36,794 nt of DNA, taken from positions 1-36,794 of the IMG/VR virus record IMGVR_UViG_3300032277_000031. One strand, given 5' to 3'. The position numbers and the translations under genes were made by a program. Origin of the DNA: a virus (Duplodnaviria; Caudoviricetes). The stretch's first letter is position 1. Each line of letters opens with the position of its first letter. This document shows, in pieces, positions 9,191-19,674 of the stretch. Below the pieces are notes generated by a model. It ran no database searches, was not told where the DNA came from, and worked only from the letters and a program-made list of their open reading frames with translations.

Positions 9191-9979
9191 ATGTCAAATA
9201 TACCAGAGCAAATTTTACATATCCCACGAGGGATAGCACGATTTAAAGAAGATGGTAAAGCGGCTTGGTTAGATATAGGTAACGCTAAAAACCTTGAGAT
9301 AACGCCCGAAAATGAAGAAATAGAGCACGCTAATTATAGAAATAAAGATTCGTTTATTGACCAAACGGTTAATAAATCTCACAAAGTTAACGGGGCTTTT
9401 ACTGTAGACTCTATATCAAGCGAGGTTTTAAGGCTTTTCTGTCATGCTAATGACTTGACAGAATCAACACAAGCAATTACCGCCGTTACTGATGAACCGC
9501 ACACCGCAAAATTAGGAAAGTGGTTGAAGGTTGGTGCTACAGCTACCGATTCTTTAGGTAAAGTTGATCTTTCAGCGGTAAGAGTAACAGATGATACGGA
9601 CACTGATTTAGACCAAGCAACCAACTATATACTGGATGCTAAAGGCGGCTGGGTTTATATAATGGAAAATGCAGCCGATATATCAGAAGATGACACAATA
9701 CATTTTGATTACACTCCGGCCGCTACTGTTATAGAAACAATTAAGGGTGGTACTCAAAAAACTATCCAAGGGCAATTCATGTTTACCGGCGACCCAATAA
9801 AAACAAACGGAGTAAACACAAAAAGACAGATTTTTATTGCAGATGTTACTTTGTCCTCAGCAAACGCATTACCTTTAATTGCTGAAGAGTTCCAAGAACT
9901 AGGAATGACAATGAAACTTAGAGACACTGATAATTTTGATGGTCTATATGATCTACACGTAATGAAAATTGGTACTTAG
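9191..9979 (+). CDS. Major tail tube protein
   Basis: RG...F ... DIGNAKNLEI pattern, LPLI.EEF C-terminus, inserted Ig-like segment; synteny. Confidence 0.85.
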   Translation: MSNIPEQILHIPRGIARFKEDGKAAWLDIGNAKNLEITPENEEIEHANYRNKDSFIDQTVNKSHKVNGAFTVDSISSEVLRLFCHANDLTESTQAITAVTDEPHTAKLGKWLKVGATATDSLGKVDLSAVRVTDDTDTDLDQATNYILDAKGGWVYIMENAADISEDDTIHFDYTPAATVIETIKGGTQKTIQGQFMFTGDPIKTNGVNTKRQIFIADVTLSSANALPLIAEEFQELGMTMKLRDTDNFDGLYDLHVMKIGT

Positions 9980-10037
9980 AATAATAAAAATTGTTATCGT
10001 TTTAAAATAGAAAACTGACTAAGGAAAAATTAAAAAA

Positions 10038-10484
10038 ATGAAACCAAAATATAAAAAAATAGATTGTGGTGAAGGAAAAAAGATTTGCGTTAAAGAATTG
10101 TCTATTGCAACTATACTAGAGGCTAAAAGACTAATGTCGCAGAAAGATGTTAGTTTTAAAGAGGGGGTCGATTTTGCAAAGGAAAAATTAATCCCTAGTT
10201 GTATTAAAATTTATGATTCTGATTTTGATTCAGAGTTAAAAGATGCAACACTCGAATTGTTAGCAAAAAAAGATTTTTACCCAAGCGATTTGGAAGTAGT
10301 CTTTGACGCATTTAAGGAGCTCAACACAGTTTTTTTGTCGATTACAAAATTCTTAGGCTTGATGGAAAAATTACAGAAAGCTTCAAACGTTCTATTAGAA
10401 GCTTATTTGGGGGCAATAGAGGAAGTAGTGAAAGAGAAGTCATTGCTGGTGGAGAAACCACAGATCAAAGGGAACGACGGTTAA
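10038..10484 (+). CDS. Tail assembly chaperone (gpG-like)
   Basis: Between tube and tape measure genes; VKELS and FKELN..F motifs. Confidence 0.8.
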   Translation: MKPKYKKIDCGEGKKICVKELSIATILEAKRLMSQKDVSFKEGVDFAKEKLIPSCIKIYDSDFDSELKDATLELLAKKDFYPSDLEVVFDAFKELNTVFLSITKFLGLMEKLQKASNVLLEAYLGAIEEVVKEKSLLVEKPQIKGNDG

Positions 10485-10804
10485 TAGAAGAAAAGCTTTT
10501 AATTATAGAAGAGTACAATAAAAACGGAATACCATTAAACCCAAGCCAACAAGAATGGTATTCCAAATATTTAGAAAGAGATTCAAGTAAAAGAAAAGAG
10601 AGTTATTATTCTTTGCTAGAATCTATTTTTTTAATTAAGCAGGAAGGTCATTTTGACGTTATGGAATACTCTTATGAATCGTTTAAAATTGCAATAAAAG
10701 CGGTTCACTATAAGTATAAGTTGCAAACTGTTTCTGTTGCTTCAGCGGTAACACTCTTATTTAATAAAGACAAAAAAGCTATAGAAAAATTTTTAAGTGA
10801 ATAA
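10337..10804 (+). CDS. Tail assembly chaperone -1 frameshift extension (gpT-like portion)
   Basis: The -1 frame is open from 10316 to 10804; in-frame slippery heptamers T TTT TTG (10331-10337) and T TTG GGG (10406-10412). Confidence 0.75.
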   Translation, partial: VDYKILRLDGKITESFKRSIRSLFGGNRGSSEREVIAGGETTDQRERRLIEEKLLIIEEYNKNGIPLNPSQQEWYSKYLERDSSKRKESYYSLLESIFLIKQEGHFDVMEYSYESFKIAIKAVHYKYKLQTVSVASAVTLLFNKDKKAIEKFLSE

Positions 10805-10809
10805 AAAAA

Positions 10810-13800
10810 ATGAGTAACACACTGAATATAAAAATTAATATTAGGGAAATAGGTCTTGAGGTTTTCGACAACATAAAAAATAAGGTTGTTGAAGTACAGG
10901 AGGCAATGTCAAAGGAAATTTCTTTTCCAAATATAAGAGATTCGTTAAAAGCTGTTAATACAGAAATGAAAAGTGAAGCAGTTATAATAAAAGATAGCTC
11001 TAGCAAGATCATGGAAGAGACAGCCGCAACGGCTGTCAAGTCAGTAGAACAATTTTATTCTGCTATAGGAATAGGTGTTTCAGCATTAATACATGGAAAA
11101 GCAACGGCTATATCTGAATTTTTCTTTAATGTTACGGACTCTATAATCGTTGCTAATGATTCTGCACTTGCTTTTAAATTTATTAGCGAGGGATTAAACT
11201 CTGCATTTCTTGGACTTGGGGCTAATTTAAAAGGGTTCTTAGGTTATACTCTCGCGCTTTCTAATAATATGATATCCATTGGAAATGAGATGGGATTGAT
11301 TATATATCATGCTACTAGTGCAATACCGTTAATAGGAGAATTTAGTCATTTTTTCGCCTCTATTGCCTCTATTGCTGGCCTTGTTGGTAAAGGGACTGTT
11401 TTATCTTTAAGCTTTATGCTGTTTACCAATTTTCTTAAAGAATCAGAAGTTTTGTTGAGAAGGATTCTTGGCCTTGGTTCAGAGGCTAACACCCCCTTGA
11501 AATCTGGTGTTAGCCTTATACAGACTTTTAATGGAGCATTAACGGAAACACAATTAACTGTAGGTCAAATTTTTAAAACTGTTACGTTTACTGTTGCTGC
11601 TTTTACCTCTCCTGCAATGTCATTAATAGCGGGGGTTCCTGCTATTAATGGAATAATTGATAGTGTTCTAAGGCTTGGTTCAAGGTTTAGGCTAAGCTTC
11701 CTTTCTTTTTTTGGTAGTGCAAAGGGGCAAATTTCGCTAATAGTATTAACGGTTAGAAATGCATTTGAGCAAGCATTGCCAATGGTAAATAAAATAGGTA
11801 ATTCTTTTGGTAATATACAAAAACGTTCTGAATTAGCTGGAAAATCATTTCAGAATGCATTACCAAATAACGTATTAAGAAATGTTTCTAATCTTAGATT
11901 GCCATTTGCGGTTCAATTTCAAAGCTTTTCCCATGATTTTAGAAATTTAATTTCCTTTGGACTGAAAAAAATAACAGAGCTTACGACAACTATGCAGCTT
12001 GCGCTTGGAATGAGTAAAAAGGAGATAATGTCTATAAGATCAATAGCAAATAATTCTTTAAATCAAGCAAGCGAAAAAACAAGACATAATTTAAATTTGA
12101 TATCAGATGTTGCAACTAATAGCAGAAAAGCATTTGGTTTTTTGCCAAAGATCTTTGGCAAAACTAATAACCATATTAGAAAGATATCAAAGGATATAAA
12201 AGATAAAAAAATCTTTGGGGTCACTTTTAGAAGGGGGTTCGAGGTAGCAGCAAAAACAAAGGCTGAATCTTTAGTGGCTCCAAGATTAGGAATCAGCGGT
12301 CAGAACTCGACTAAATCAGTAAAATTAATTGCAGACCAAAAAAAAGCAATAGTGGATTTAAGCACAACTATTAATAACTTAAATATTGCCATATCTAGCG
12401 GTTTTAAGAAAAAACATGCAGATATTGTAGAAACAACAAAGGCTTTTGAAAATTTCTCTACGGTGGCCGTTAAATCAGCCAAAAAAGTTAATGCTGCTAT
12501 ACCTTCTACAATTAAAAAAACTGGTGTTAGGCAAAATGTAGGTGATTTTCTAAAAAAAGGTTTTAATTTTAATACTGTTGCTGATAGAGATGCTTCTATT
12601 TTCTCTAGGTCTAAAAGTGCTGGACTTGCGAAAATTCGCGGTGGTGGTGCAAATAACTTGTCTACGTCTGGCTTTTTAACTTCTCTGTCTACTGGTTTAG
12701 AAAGCGGTAAATTAGAAGCTGTGTATAAAAGCTTGACTAAATTTTCTGGTGCACTCGCTACAATGGCTTCTAATATAAACTCTAAAAGCTTTAGTAGTAA
12801 TGAGTTTATGAAATTCATAGATAGCTTTGCAAAGGTCGAAAAAATCAATAAAGTTGATATAAGTAAACTTAGGAAGTTATTCGCTGAATTAAAAGAAAGT
12901 GTTAAGGGGTTCGAGGGAAAAAACATAGGTGATAAATTCGTCAAGTCTATTTCTGTGGGTGTTGAAGAGAACTCAGGCAAAGCGGCAAAATCAATGGAAA
13001 TTTTCACCAAAATGCTAATGGAATTTTTCCCACAATCACCAGCAAAACGTGGGGCTTTAACTAAGCTTCCGAAGGTTGGATTACAAATAAATAAGCAAAT
13101 TGCAACTGGAATGATCAGAAATATAAAAATTGTAAATGCGGCTGCAAAAAGAATAGCAGAACAAATAGCCGGATTCTTTCCGCAATCACCAGCTAGATTT
13201 GCCCCTTTGTCAGGTTTAACAAGGGCTGGTTCGCAAATACCGACATTTATAGCTGACGGAATGATGAAAACAATTTTAAAGGTTAAGTCTGTATCACAAA
13301 CTATTGCAAATTTTATCTTTGCCCCACTTGATGAGGCTATTTTAAATAGAAGAATAGCGCGTCAAGTTGGTATTGCTGTAGAGCAGTTTAGCGCGCTTGA
13401 ATCATCATTTAAAGTTATTGGGGTAAATGGGCAAGAGCTAGTTTTTGTTTTGAATAGAATAAATAGAATAATCAAGGGTAATGCAACAGAAGAAACAAAA
13501 AATTTCCTCTCTGGATTAGGTGTTTCATTGGAGGAAATAAGAAAGCAAGCACAACCTAATATAGCTTTGTTTCTACAAATGTCTGATGCATTAAAAAATG
13601 TTGGTTCTGGTAGCAAGGAGCAACAAAAATTATTAGAAATTTTAAGCGTAACCGCACAAAGTGGTGCTTTTGACCTTATGATTAGAGGCTCTAAAGAAAT
13701 TTCCCAGGCATTAAATGATATTTCTGGTGTTGGTGCTTTTTTTGATGAAACATTTTCTAAAGCTTCAGAGGGAATAGGAAAAGTATTAAACTTGCTAAAA

Positions 13801-15507
13801 GAGGCTAGGAAATTCTTCTTTGTTGAAGTTCTTAGAAAAACTTTACCCGAAGTAGAGAGAATATTAAATAATATAAAGGCTTCCGCGCTTGCCAATAATA
13901 CAATAATAAGGGCATATTTTTCTAAAGTTTCTGAATTTTTGGCAATATCTATGGTGATGATAGAAAAAACTTTTATTTTCGCTAAAAATGAACCTGTAAA
14001 AGCTCTTGGGCTTGCTCTTGAAATTTCCAAAAAAACTATTATGTTTCTTTTTGAAATTTTTACTGGTGCTATATCTGGAATTAACAAAACAATACTAATT
14101 AGTTTTAAGAATTTAAGTTTTGCTATTCTCTCTATAGGTGCTAGTGTGCTTCTTGTTTTTGCTAGGGAAGTAGATAATTTTGTTGATAATAGACTAGAGT
14201 CAATAACAGCAAAAATAAAAGATGCTTGGATAATTATTTCAGAAATAATAAAAGCACCTTTTACACTTCTTTTTAATGCGCTAGAAGAAATGGAAAGAAG
14301 CAGGAATCAAGCCGGCAATATATTTAAAAATTTCTCTGGTACTTCGAGAATGACATTTACAGATGAGCAGTTTCTAAAAGGTGCTGTAAAAAATCCTGAG
14401 CTTTCAGAAAGTAATAGACTAAAGAAAGAGGTTGAAGAGCGGCAAAAGAATATAGAAATAGGAATAAAGGATATATCCCAAGGGATAAATGAAGTAATAG
14501 AAGAATTTAGTGATTTTGGAAATATATTTTTAAAAGAATTTGATTTTGCAGGAGTGGAAAAAAAATTAAAAAGCTCACTAAAAACGATAAAAAAAGAAAT
14601 ACTAGGTACTGCAAATGAAATAGGCTTAAGCGAAGAATTGAAGAAAATTGATAACCTGTTTTCTATTGATATCAAAAAAACAATGGAAGAGGTTAAGAAA
14701 GCAAAATCTATTTTAATGGAAGGATTACAAAGCGCGAGCAATTTTGCAGAAAATAATAATATATTTGGTGATGAAAAAAATGATGATAACAATGATGAGG
14801 TAAAAAAGGCATTTACTTTTCAAGAATTTATTGCTGGAAATACATTCAAAGCTATTCAAAAGGGAATTAGCGCAACTGGTGACGCATTTAGCAAAATGTA
14901 TGAGTTGAGCGGAAAACAAGCAAAAGAATTATTTCTTGTAAAACAAGCAGCGGCAATAGCAACAGCAATAGTTAATACATCTGTTGCAGTAACAGAAGCC
15001 TTGAAAATGGGTGCGGCTGGTATTGCAATAGCTCCTATTGTCTCGGCGGCTGGCCTTGCAGAAGTTGCAACAATAGTAGCACAAACCGTTCAAGGGTTTG
15101 CCGATGGTGGAATGATTACAGGCGGTATAAAAGGGAAAGATAGCGTCCTTATAAAGGCGATGCCCGGTGAGCTAGTAGTCAATAAAAACGGGGTTGATAG
15201 GCTAAGGAGCCAGTACGGAAATGGATTTTTACAGAATTTAATAAATGGAAGAATTAGTAAAGAATTTGTTTCAGGTTTTAACATGAATCATAAAAAGGCT
15301 ATATCTGGTGGTATACAAACTTTTTCTAATGGTGGTGTTGTTTTGCCACAATCAAGCACAGATCAAAAACAGGATATTAAAATAAACATGGCCTCATTCA
15401 TGGATAAAAAAGAATTTAGAGATTATTTGCTTAGTAGTGAGGCAAATAATATAATCTTAAATGTTTTCCGAAAAAATCAACACTACGTAAAAAAAATAAT
15501 GAGGTAA
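10810..15507 (+). CDS. Tape measure protein
   Basis: 1565 aa, Ala/Ser/Ile-rich helical; two FFPQSPA repeats; C-terminal FADGG..GG..GKDSV...PGE.VV motif. Confidence 0.92.
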   Translation: MSNTLNIKINIREIGLEVFDNIKNKVVEVQEAMSKEISFPNIRDSLKAVNTEMKSEAVIIKDSSSKIMEETAATAVKSVEQFYSAIGIGVSALIHGKATAISEFFFNVTDSIIVANDSALAFKFISEGLNSAFLGLGANLKGFLGYTLALSNNMISIGNEMGLIIYHATSAIPLIGEFSHFFASIASIAGLVGKGTVLSLSFMLFTNFLKESEVLLRRILGLGSEANTPLKSGVSLIQTFNGALTETQLTVGQIFKTVTFTVAAFTSPAMSLIAGVPAINGIIDSVLRLGSRFRLSFLSFFGSAKGQISLIVLTVRNAFEQALPMVNKIGNSFGNIQKRSELAGKSFQNALPNNVLRNVSNLRLPFAVQFQSFSHDFRNLISFGLKKITELTTTMQLALGMSKKEIMSIRSIANNSLNQASEKTRHNLNLISDVATNSRKAFGFLPKIFGKTNNHIRKISKDIKDKKIFGVTFRRGFEVAAKTKAESLVAPRLGISGQNSTKSVKLIADQKKAIVDLSTTINNLNIAISSGFKKKHADIVETTKAFENFSTVAVKSAKKVNAAIPSTIKKTGVRQNVGDFLKKGFNFNTVADRDASIFSRSKSAGLAKIRGGGANNLSTSGFLTSLSTGLESGKLEAVYKSLTKFSGALATMASNINSKSFSSNEFMKFIDSFAKVEKINKVDISKLRKLFAELKESVKGFEGKNIGDKFVKSISVGVEENSGKAAKSMEIFTKMLMEFFPQSPAKRGALTKLPKVGLQINKQIATGMIRNIKIVNAAAKRIAEQIAGFFPQSPARFAPLSGLTRAGSQIPTFIADGMMKTILKVKSVSQTIANFIFAPLDEAILNRRIARQVGIAVEQFSALESSFKVIGVNGQELVFVLNRINRIIKGNATEETKNFLSGLGVSLEEIRKQAQPNIALFLQMSDALKNVGSGSKEQQKLLEILSVTAQSGAFDLMIRGSKEISQALNDISGVGAFFDETFSKASEGIGKVLNLLKEARKFFFVEVLRKTLPEVERILNNIKASALANNTIIRAYFSKVSEFLAISMVMIEKTFIFAKNEPVKALGLALEISKKTIMFLFEIFTGAISGINKTILISFKNLSFAILSIGASVLLVFAREVDNFVDNRLESITAKIKDAWIIISEIIKAPFTLLFNALEEMERSRNQAGNIFKNFSGTSRMTFTDEQFLKGAVKNPELSESNRLKKEVEERQKNIEIGIKDISQGINEVIEEFSDFGNIFLKEFDFAGVEKKLKSSLKTIKKEILGTANEIGLSEELKKIDNLFSIDIKKTMEEVKKAKSILMEGLQSASNFAENNNIFGDEKNDDNNDEVKKAFTFQEFIAGNTFKAIQKGISATGDAFSKMYELSGKQAKELFLVKQAAAIATAIVNTSVAVTEALKMGAAGIAIAPIVSAAGLAEVATIVAQTVQGFADGGMITGGIKGKDSVLIKAMPGELVVNKNGVDRLRSQYGNGFLQNLINGRISKEFVSGFNMNHKKAISGGIQTFSNGGVVLPQSSTDQKQDIKINMASFMDKKEFRDYLLSSEANNIILNVFRKNQHYVKKIMR

Positions 15508-15509
15508 TA

Positions 15510-17045
15510 ATGGCATATTTATTGAATGAAGTTATTACAAACGCCTATAATCTTGAAATAACAGATGAGGTTATAGGCACTGGTGATGGTGGAACAAGTT
15601 ATAGTTTAAATTCTAATGATTACCCTGTTAGAGATTTTGCTAGCGCAACATTAAAATATACAGTTTCCGCGACTGAGTACACCGCAACATGCAATAGCAG
15701 TGGAGTATTTACAGGAACCCATATAACTAGCGCAACTATTAACGTCGATGGCGATTTGTCTATCACTACTTCAACGGGAATAGATAACACAACTGATATT
15801 AAGCTGACCTATAAAACATCTGGATTAGGTCAAGCAATAATAAATTTCTGCAAGGGCGATGATTATATTGAGCTTATAGGGACTGGCAACGGTTCAGATG
15901 TTACTTTTGGTTTTACGGCTGCTAATGGTGATATTGCAAAGGGTCAAGCTGTTTTAGAATTTTGGATAGGTGGCGGTAAATTCAGGGTTTACGATGATGG
16001 GTTAGGGGCTTTTAATCATGCTCATATTTCATCATCTAGCCTTAATTATACAACAAAGGTTTTTACTGTTACTTTCAATATAGCAATAGATGATACAAAG
16101 GCCGTTAACCTTGATTATTTAGTAAATCAAGGTGGTAGTGGTGAGGGGCAAGATTGGAGAATAATTTTAGATCAAAGAACCAAAAATGACAGCTTGACAA
16201 GCCCCGTAGACGAATTTGCAGCAAGTATACACGCTAGGGAATGGATTCTTAGAAATTCTGGTTCCTCATACAATGAGGAATATTACATCGGAATAAGAGA
16301 ATTTTATGGCTCATCAAGTGGCGAATATGGAGTAAATTTAAATATTTATAAAGGGCATGATGAAACGCAAGACCAGTGGAATTACAATTACACTGGTGCT
16401 GGTGGTCATGGCCTAACGGGATATGATTCAGGCACGGGAAGGTGGGAGAATATGCCATCGGCGGTTTTTGCTAATGGCTCTAATATTAATTTGTGGGTTT
16501 ACACAAGTAAAAATCGAATTTGTGCTAATTGGTTCTCCAATAGCAAATACCAAGCGTTTTACGTTGGAGCCGGTAGAAGATTGCAACCACAAAATAATAT
16601 TCAATTTCCAATGGTCGCGGCCGGCATGTCATCCAGCAATAAGACAATCGGTTCTACTGGTGTGGAGAATGAAGGATTTCCCACACCATACACGGGAAGT
16701 TATACAAGTAATAATTTTTTCTGTGTTGGCATGGACGGAGTATTTGCAAAAGCTCACACCGGAGCGGGGTATATTAGATTTAGCCCTACTAATCATCAAC
16801 GTTACGCATCAGGTTCTAGCGTGTACAGAGACACGAACGACGGAAAAATTTTAGTTTCACCTGTTCATTTATTTGATGTAGATGCGCAAAGCCCACTTTT
16901 TGAGCTAGAAGGGGTTTTTTGTATGTGTACTGAAACAGTTCTAGCTCAAGACACCTTGCAAGATCAAGACACAAACGACTATGATTGTTTTATAAGAGGC
17001 GGCGAGAGTGGAACATTCGGCAAGTATGCAATGAAAAGGGAATAG
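15510..17045 (+). CDS. Virion structural (tail base) protein with two N-terminal beta repeats
   Basis: Follows tape measure; two IGTG(D/N)G...Y repeats; C-terminal YQAFYVG, FP...G, GELEG-like motifs. Confidence 0.65.
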   Translation: MAYLLNEVITNAYNLEITDEVIGTGDGGTSYSLNSNDYPVRDFASATLKYTVSATEYTATCNSSGVFTGTHITSATINVDGDLSITTSTGIDNTTDIKLTYKTSGLGQAIINFCKGDDYIELIGTGNGSDVTFGFTAANGDIAKGQAVLEFWIGGGKFRVYDDGLGAFNHAHISSSSLNYTTKVFTVTFNIAIDDTKAVNLDYLVNQGGSGEGQDWRIILDQRTKNDSLTSPVDEFAASIHAREWILRNSGSSYNEEYYIGIREFYGSSSGEYGVNLNIYKGHDETQDQWNYNYTGAGGHGLTGYDSGTGRWENMPSAVFANGSNINLWVYTSKNRICANWFSNSKYQAFYVGAGRRLQPQNNIQFPMVAAGMSSSNKTIGSTGVENEGFPTPYTGSYTSNNFFCVGMDGVFAKAHTGAGYIRFSPTNHQRYASGSSVYRDTNDGKILVSPVHLFDVDAQSPLFELEGVFCMCTETVLAQDTLQDQDTNDYDCFIRGGESGTFGKYAMKRE

Positions 17046-17049
17046 TGAT

Positions 17050-18000
17050 ATGACTAGAGCTTTCAATTATGAGCTTCATACTAATTTGACTGACCATCAT
17101 GAGATTTTAGAAAAACTAAAAGCTTTTGCTGAAAATGAAGGATGGACTATTGACCATTACCACGTAAATAAGGAGTGGGTTGATACAGGTGGCGGTGTGT
17201 ATGGCTTTCAGACTGATACTAATTACGAAAATTTCTTGCAGATAACCGGAAACCCTGATAATACTAATTTAGAATGCACATTTCGGTTTAGGAGTACAAC
17301 TCTTAATACGGGAACAATAGATCCTTATATTGGTGTGTCGGCACAAAGCAGCGTAACTAAACCGTTAGACACTTCTAGCTCTTCTCATCCAGCAAGTGCA
17401 TTGCTGGCCGGCATGAGTAGCTATAAATACTGGCATAGCGTTTATGATGGTGCTCAAGCTAGTACTTGGATAATTGGCGACGATAGATTTTTAGCCGTTG
17501 TAATGAAGTGTGATAATACATTTTATCAAATAATTTCAGTAGGCGAAATAGATTGCTTTGATAATTCTTTTGATAGCGGCGGGTTTATAGGTTCAACTCT
17601 CCATTTAGATTGGTGGTATCAATGGTATGATTACACCGTTTGGTTTGCTCCTTTTGGAACAAATGCTAATAATATTATAGTCGGTGGAACAGACGTTAAA
17701 GCGGCCGTGTACAGTACTAATTTATTTGAAACCACTAATAGCGGTTATCCCTTTAATGAGTACAATATAGTTAATTATGATAATTTAGGTGGTGGTGTAA
17801 AGGGAATGGTTAGGCCAATAATTTATGTAAAGGATGTTGCAGACAGTGCACCGCGTCCAATTGGACAACTTCCTGTTTTTTTTCTTAATGGTAGTGGTCT
17901 TTTTGCTGGGCAAGTCTTAGACAGGGGGTCAGAAAAATATATTGTTTTTCCTTCTTGTCAGCTTGCTTTAAAACAATGGTGGGCAATGAGGGTTTTATAA
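17050..18000 (+). CDS. Virion structural (tail) protein
   Basis: FA..EGWT N-terminus and PIG.LP...G..Y.VFP C-terminus; location in tail module. Confidence 0.65.
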   Translation: MTRAFNYELHTNLTDHHEILEKLKAFAENEGWTIDHYHVNKEWVDTGGGVYGFQTDTNYENFLQITGNPDNTNLECTFRFRSTTLNTGTIDPYIGVSAQSSVTKPLDTSSSSHPASALLAGMSSYKYWHSVYDGAQASTWIIGDDRFLAVVMKCDNTFYQIISVGEIDCFDNSFDSGGFIGSTLHLDWWYQWYDYTVWFAPFGTNANNIIVGGTDVKAAVYSTNLFETTNSGYPFNEYNIVNYDNLGGGVKGMVRPIIYVKDVADSAPRPIGQLPVFFLNGSGLFAGQVLDRGSEKYIVFPSCQLALKQWWAMRVL

Positions 18001-19061
18001 TGACTAATTACGACTGTATAGCATTAAAAGGTGTTGAATATATAGAGCTTGCAGAGCAGACAGAGCAAAGATTATATCCTGTAAAAATGCAAGATTTAAA
18101 AATCTGCTCTGTTACTGGCAACTCTTTTGTACAATCTTCTAATAATAGAAACGCTATTGTAGTTAATAATTGGGCTAATGAAACTATATTTGAAAGGATT
18201 TGGTTTAGCCCATTAGAACACAATGCAGGGCTAATAACCGGCAACATAATAATAGAAGTAAGTATATGGAATGCATATCAAAAAGACTCTAAAAATTTAA
18301 CTGAAATAAATGTTACATCGGGAGCGGGTACAACAATTGAAACAATTGTTTTGCCAGATACGTATAACCCTACAATGCAGAAAACGCATAATATAACTAT
18401 ATTAGAGGAAGGTTCACCAACTCAAAATACTACCTATGAATATGTTATAGGTGGCGAGACATATTTATTAAAGATTACTGGTGCAAGAATAGAAAAATTT
18501 TTCTTTTTGCCTAACTGGAAAAATGAAATAGTTTTTGACTTTAATGTTGATGCAGTCTCCGTAGAGAGTAAAAATAGAGTAGAGCAAAGAAGGAGAATTA
18601 ATAGTAAGTCTCTGTGTAACTTATCTGCTAGTTTTGTACTAGAAAAGGAAAGAGCACAAGAAATAATAAACCTGTTTCGTAGATATTCGGGAAAGGTTAT
18701 TGCTGTTCCATTTTTCCCTGAGTTAATAAGGATTTCTAGCGTAACTATACAGGGGGAAACAACGATAACTTCTGTTGATGATTTGTCTAAATATTGGTAT
18801 TATCAAAACAGAGCCAAGTATGTATCAATAATGGAAATAGAGCAGGGAAATAATTACCCTTCAATTATTGAGGTTAAAGAAATTTCTCTGAAATCTGGAA
18901 ATGATATTACTTTTACAGAATCAATAATAGGTAATTTTACAACAAAAAATTGCTATGTTTTTTCTGCTATACTGGGTAATTATAAAACTTTTACTCCTTC
19001 AAATGAAACACCTACTATAGTTAAATTTGATATAGATTTTGAGGAATTAAACATTGAGTGA
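18000..19061 (+). CDS. Tail structural protein (Ig-like N-terminus, distal-tail-like C-terminus)
   Basis: ATG 18000 overlaps upstream TAA; IWNAY, PNW, EQRR motifs. Confidence 0.65.
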   Translation: MTNYDCIALKGVEYIELAEQTEQRLYPVKMQDLKICSVTGNSFVQSSNNRNAIVVNNWANETIFERIWFSPLEHNAGLITGNIIIEVSIWNAYQKDSKNLTEINVTSGAGTTIETIVLPDTYNPTMQKTHNITILEEGSPTQNTTYEYVIGGETYLLKITGARIEKFFFLPNWKNEIVFDFNVDAVSVESKNRVEQRRRINSKSLCNLSASFVLEKERAQEIINLFRRYSGKVIAVPFFPELIRISSVTIQGETTITSVDDLSKYWYYQNRAKYVSIMEIEQGNNYPSIIEVKEISLKSGNDITFTESIIGNFTTKNCYVFSAILGNYKTFTPSNETPTIVKFDIDFEELNIE

Positions 19062-19674
19062 TAGCATATTAGATTTGGGAGTTTCTCCTGTTTTTTTTGA
19101 TTTTTTCCATAATTGGACAAAGCCCCTTGATGCTGATTTTTTATCTAATGAGATATTCCATCAAACAGAATCCTCATATAAGAAAATAATAACCTTTGAT
19201 GCTAGAAAGCCAAAAGTTTTTAAAATAGAGATAGTTTTAAATGGACTAGATCAAATTAAAAGCTTTTTAGATTTTTTTGACGAAAGGGAAGGAATAATAA
19301 AACCTTTTTGGTTTAAGTCAAAAATTAACTCATTTACTGTTTCGACTGCTATAACCTCTGGTGCAACAGAAATTGAACATATTAAAAATGGATTTCCTAA
19401 TGGTTTTAGCGGCCATGAGAGATTTTATATAGAAAATTCAAGCGGCGATATAATAACAAGAAAGATTCAGACAGCGGTAAGTGTGGATTTATCTACAGAC
19501 AAGGTAACATTTACTGATGAAGTTGGGCAAGATATAGAAATTAATGAAGTGTCCTTTATGGGGTTTTGTGTTCTCTGTAGATTTATGAATAAAAATATAA
19601 AGGTTAAATATCAGGCACCAACAATAGCAACTGTAGATGTTACCCTTAAAGAATTAATAGAGGAATACCCATAA
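19054..19674 (+). CDS. Distal tail-like protein (DUF2460-like)
   Basis: FF..REG..KPFW motif, LCRF near C-terminus; synteny. Confidence 0.6.
   Translation: MSDSILDLGVSPVFFDFFHNWTKPLDADFLSNEIFHQTESSYKKIITFDARKPKVFKIEIVLNGLDQIKSFLDFFDEREGIIKPFWFKSKINSFTVSTAITSGATEIEHIKNGFPNGFSGHERFYIENSSGDIITRKIQTAVSVDLSTDKVTFTDEVGQDIEINEVSFMGFCVLCRFMNKNIKVKYQAPTIATVDVTLKELIEEYP

Noticed and set aside
12300-14792. Long minus-strand ORFs (236, 241, 161 aa) inside the tape measure gene
   Set aside because: Antisense shadows of a codon-biased gene; Phe/Ser/Leu-rich, no motifs
16249-16854. Alternative-frame ORFs within the 511-aa tail protein gene
   Set aside because: Off-frame composition and no initiation signals
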